Positions 61,701 to 64,000 of a stretch of DNA of 64,000 nt are shown one piece after another (position 1 is the stretch's first letter; each line of letters opens with the position of its first letter). This DNA comes from Tubiluchus corallicola (Eukaryota; Animalia; Priapulida), in assembly GCA_030141605.1 (NCBI GenBank), contig JAQGDQ010000531.1, forward strand, positions 88,608 through 152,607. Reading direction: 5' to 3'. The translations under genes and the position numbers were made by a program. The notes below the pieces were generated by a model that worked only from the letters and a program-made list of their open reading frames with translations, ran no database searches and was not told where the DNA came from.

Positions 61701-64000
61701 TGGGTGGTTTCTTCGTCTAAGTTTTCAAATTTGCCAATAAAGTTGTAATTAATAAAACACATGCTGCATAAGTCCACACATCTATCAAAACGTTCGTCCA
61801 TTTTATCGTCTTCTGTACGAATCATGTATCCCAAAAAATTCCACATATCTAGCAAAACGTTCGTCCACTTTATTGTCTTCTGTACGAACCATGTATCCCA
61901 AAAAACTCCACATATCTAGCAAAACGTTCGTCCATTTTATCGTGTTCTGTACGAACCATGTATCCCAAAAAAGTCCACATATTTAGAAGAACGTTCGTCC
62001 ATTATATCGTTTTCTCTTAGAGCCACGCATCCAAAAAACTCCACACATATCCAGCAAAATGTTAATCCATTTTGTTGTTTTCTCTACGAATCATGTATCC
62101 GAAACTTCGTTAAGGATTGCATACCAATGCAGACTTTGAATCAGCACAGTTAAGCATACTGCCGTGAATTTCCTGTTATCGCGGAATTTTAGTGTACTAC
62201 TTTAAAACCAAATCGCAAAAACAACTTAACTCCAAAATAACTTTTTATAATTTTAATTCCATAAGCTTTGGATCAGAATCAGTAACACAGCCTTTTTTTT
62301 CTAAAGTTAAAGCCACAAAACTGGTCTTGAAAAAGTTCCCCTAAAACCAGTATTCATCCACCAGTCAAATCTTAAGAAAAAGTAGGGCCAATTATTATGT
62401 ATAAAGACATTAATGTGACTAGAGACTGTGGACTTGTTCAAGTTCACAACATATATAGCAGTTCTCATTCTTATATAAAAAAATCACAAAATGACTTTCA
62501 TATCTTTATTTTATTTTTCATGTGCTAATAATTGTGTTTCTTTAAGTAATGTCGTGTTGCGAGCAGTGCTACCAGCGTCTTTGGTTTCATCACTTTCGAC
62601 AATATTTGTTTGTTCTTTCTCAACTGCAGACACTAGATGCACAGGACTGATGATACTCACTTTCGTGTATCATAAGGATTAACTGCAAAGGACATTAGTT
62701 TATATAGTCCATGAGCCAGACAACTTCTAGATATCTCTTTTTTCTCTTAAATGCAAACTTGCTGTTAAGGGTAAGTCGAAGATGGAGAAGATTAGAGATT
62801 ATCATTGCTGTTATCAAGAAAACGTCGTTTGATAAACCCAGAAACTGGCTCAACCAGTGGGTGGTTTCTTTGCCTAAGTTTTCAAATTTGCCAATAAAGT
62901 CGTAATTAATAAAACTCACGCTGCATAAGTCCACACATCTAGCAAAACGTTCGTCCATTTTATCGTCTTCTGTACGAACCACGTATTCCAAAAAATCCAC
63001 ATATCTAGCAAAACGTTCGTCATTTTATCGTGTTCTGTACGAACCATGTATCCCAAAAAAGTCCACATATTTAGAAGAACGTTCGTCCATTATATCGTTT
63101 TCTCTTAGAGCCACGCATCCAAAAAACTCCACACATATCCAGCAAAATGTTAGTTCCTTTTGTTGTTTTCTCTACGAATCATGTATCCGAAACTTCGTTA
63201 AGGATTGCATACCAATGCAGACTTTGAATCAGCACAGTTAAGCATACTGCCGTGAATTTCCTGTTATCGCGGAATTTTAGTGTACTACTTTAAAACCAAA
63301 TCGCAAAAACAACTTAACTCCAAAATAACTTTTTATAATTTTAATTCCATAAGCTTTGGATCAGAATCAGTAACACAGCCTTTTTTTTCTAAAGTTAAAG
63401 CCACAAAACTGGTCTTGAAAAAGTTCCCCTAAAACCAGTATTCATCCACCAGTCAAATCTTAAGAAAAAGTAGGGCCAATTATTATGTATAAAGACATTA
63501 ATGTGACTAGAGACTGTGGACTTGTTCAAGTTCACAACATATATAGCAGTTCTCATTCTTATATAAAAAAATCACAAAATGACTTTCATATCTTTATTTT
63601 ATTTTTCATGTGCTAATAATTGTGTTTCTTTAAGTAATGTCGTGTTGCGAGCAGTGCTACCAGCGTCTTTGGTTTCATCACTTTCGACAATATTTGTTTG
63701 TTCTTTCTCACCTGCAGACACTAGATGCACGGGACTGATGATACTCACTTTCGTGTATCATAAGGATTAACTGCAAAGGACATTAGTTTATATAGTCCGT
63801 GAGCCAGACAACTTCTTGGTATCTCTTTTTTCTCTTAAATGCAAACTTGCTGTTATGGTTAAGTCGAAGATGGAGAAGATTAGAGATTATCATTGCTGTT
63901 ATCAAGAAAACGTCGTTTGATAAACCCAGAAACTGGCTCAACCAGTGGGTGGTTTCTTTGCCTAAGTTTTCAAATTTGCCAATAAAGTCGTGATTAATAA
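58717..64000 (-). repeat. Higher-order tandem array (2952-bp period) built from a Sulfotransfer_2 pseudogene fragment; runs off the window end
   Basis: Marker gaaactggctcaaccagtgggtgg at 58732, 59889, 60973, 61684, 62841 and 63929 (spacings 1157, 1084, 711, 1157, 1088). Each unit encodes FLEYVVRTEDDKMDERFARCVDLCSVSFINYDFIGKFENL or a variant, homologous to FLIYIVQTKFSELNEHWARYVDLCNVCYIKYDFIGKLERF of the 9387 gene. Confidence 0.92.

Noticed and set aside
59539-63993. Repeated small ORFs (MSQTTSRY.., MTFISLFY.., MDFLEYVV..) as a microprotein family
   Set aside because: By-products of the tandem array; the sulfotransferase fragment lacks both PAPS-binding motifs.

Overview
AT-rich eukaryotic DNA, most likely from an invertebrate animal (GT-AG introns, long microsatellites, LINE, Penelope, BEL/Pao and Tc1 debris); the species cannot be determined from the sequence. 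Every non-transposon gene or pseudogene I could identify encodes a glycan-modifying enzyme or a putative methyltransferase, from unrelated families. Six apparently intact genes have N-terminal signal anchors: an EGF + SAM-methyltransferase, two GT77 transferases, a two-exon GT31, a GT-A/GT2-like transferase and a DUF268 putative methyltransferase. A seventh, a Sulfotransfer_2 (CHST8-14 type) sulfotransferase, is seen as its catalytic exon. Manual translation across stops and frameshifts shows further decayed members that the ORF track misses or only partly shows: a full-length GT8 GXYLT-like pseudogene, two tandemly duplicated GT11 fucosyltransferases, two Sulfotransfer_1 (CHST1-7 type) pseudogenes, two more GT31 copies, and a nested higher-order tandem array built from a Sulfotransfer_2 exon fragment. 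The best reading is a glycan biosynthetic gene cluster in an animal genome under rapid birth-and-death evolution, possibly making a sulfated, O-methylated surface or mucus glycan. All family calls are from motif recognition by eye, not database searches, and pseudogene and transposon boundaries are approximate.
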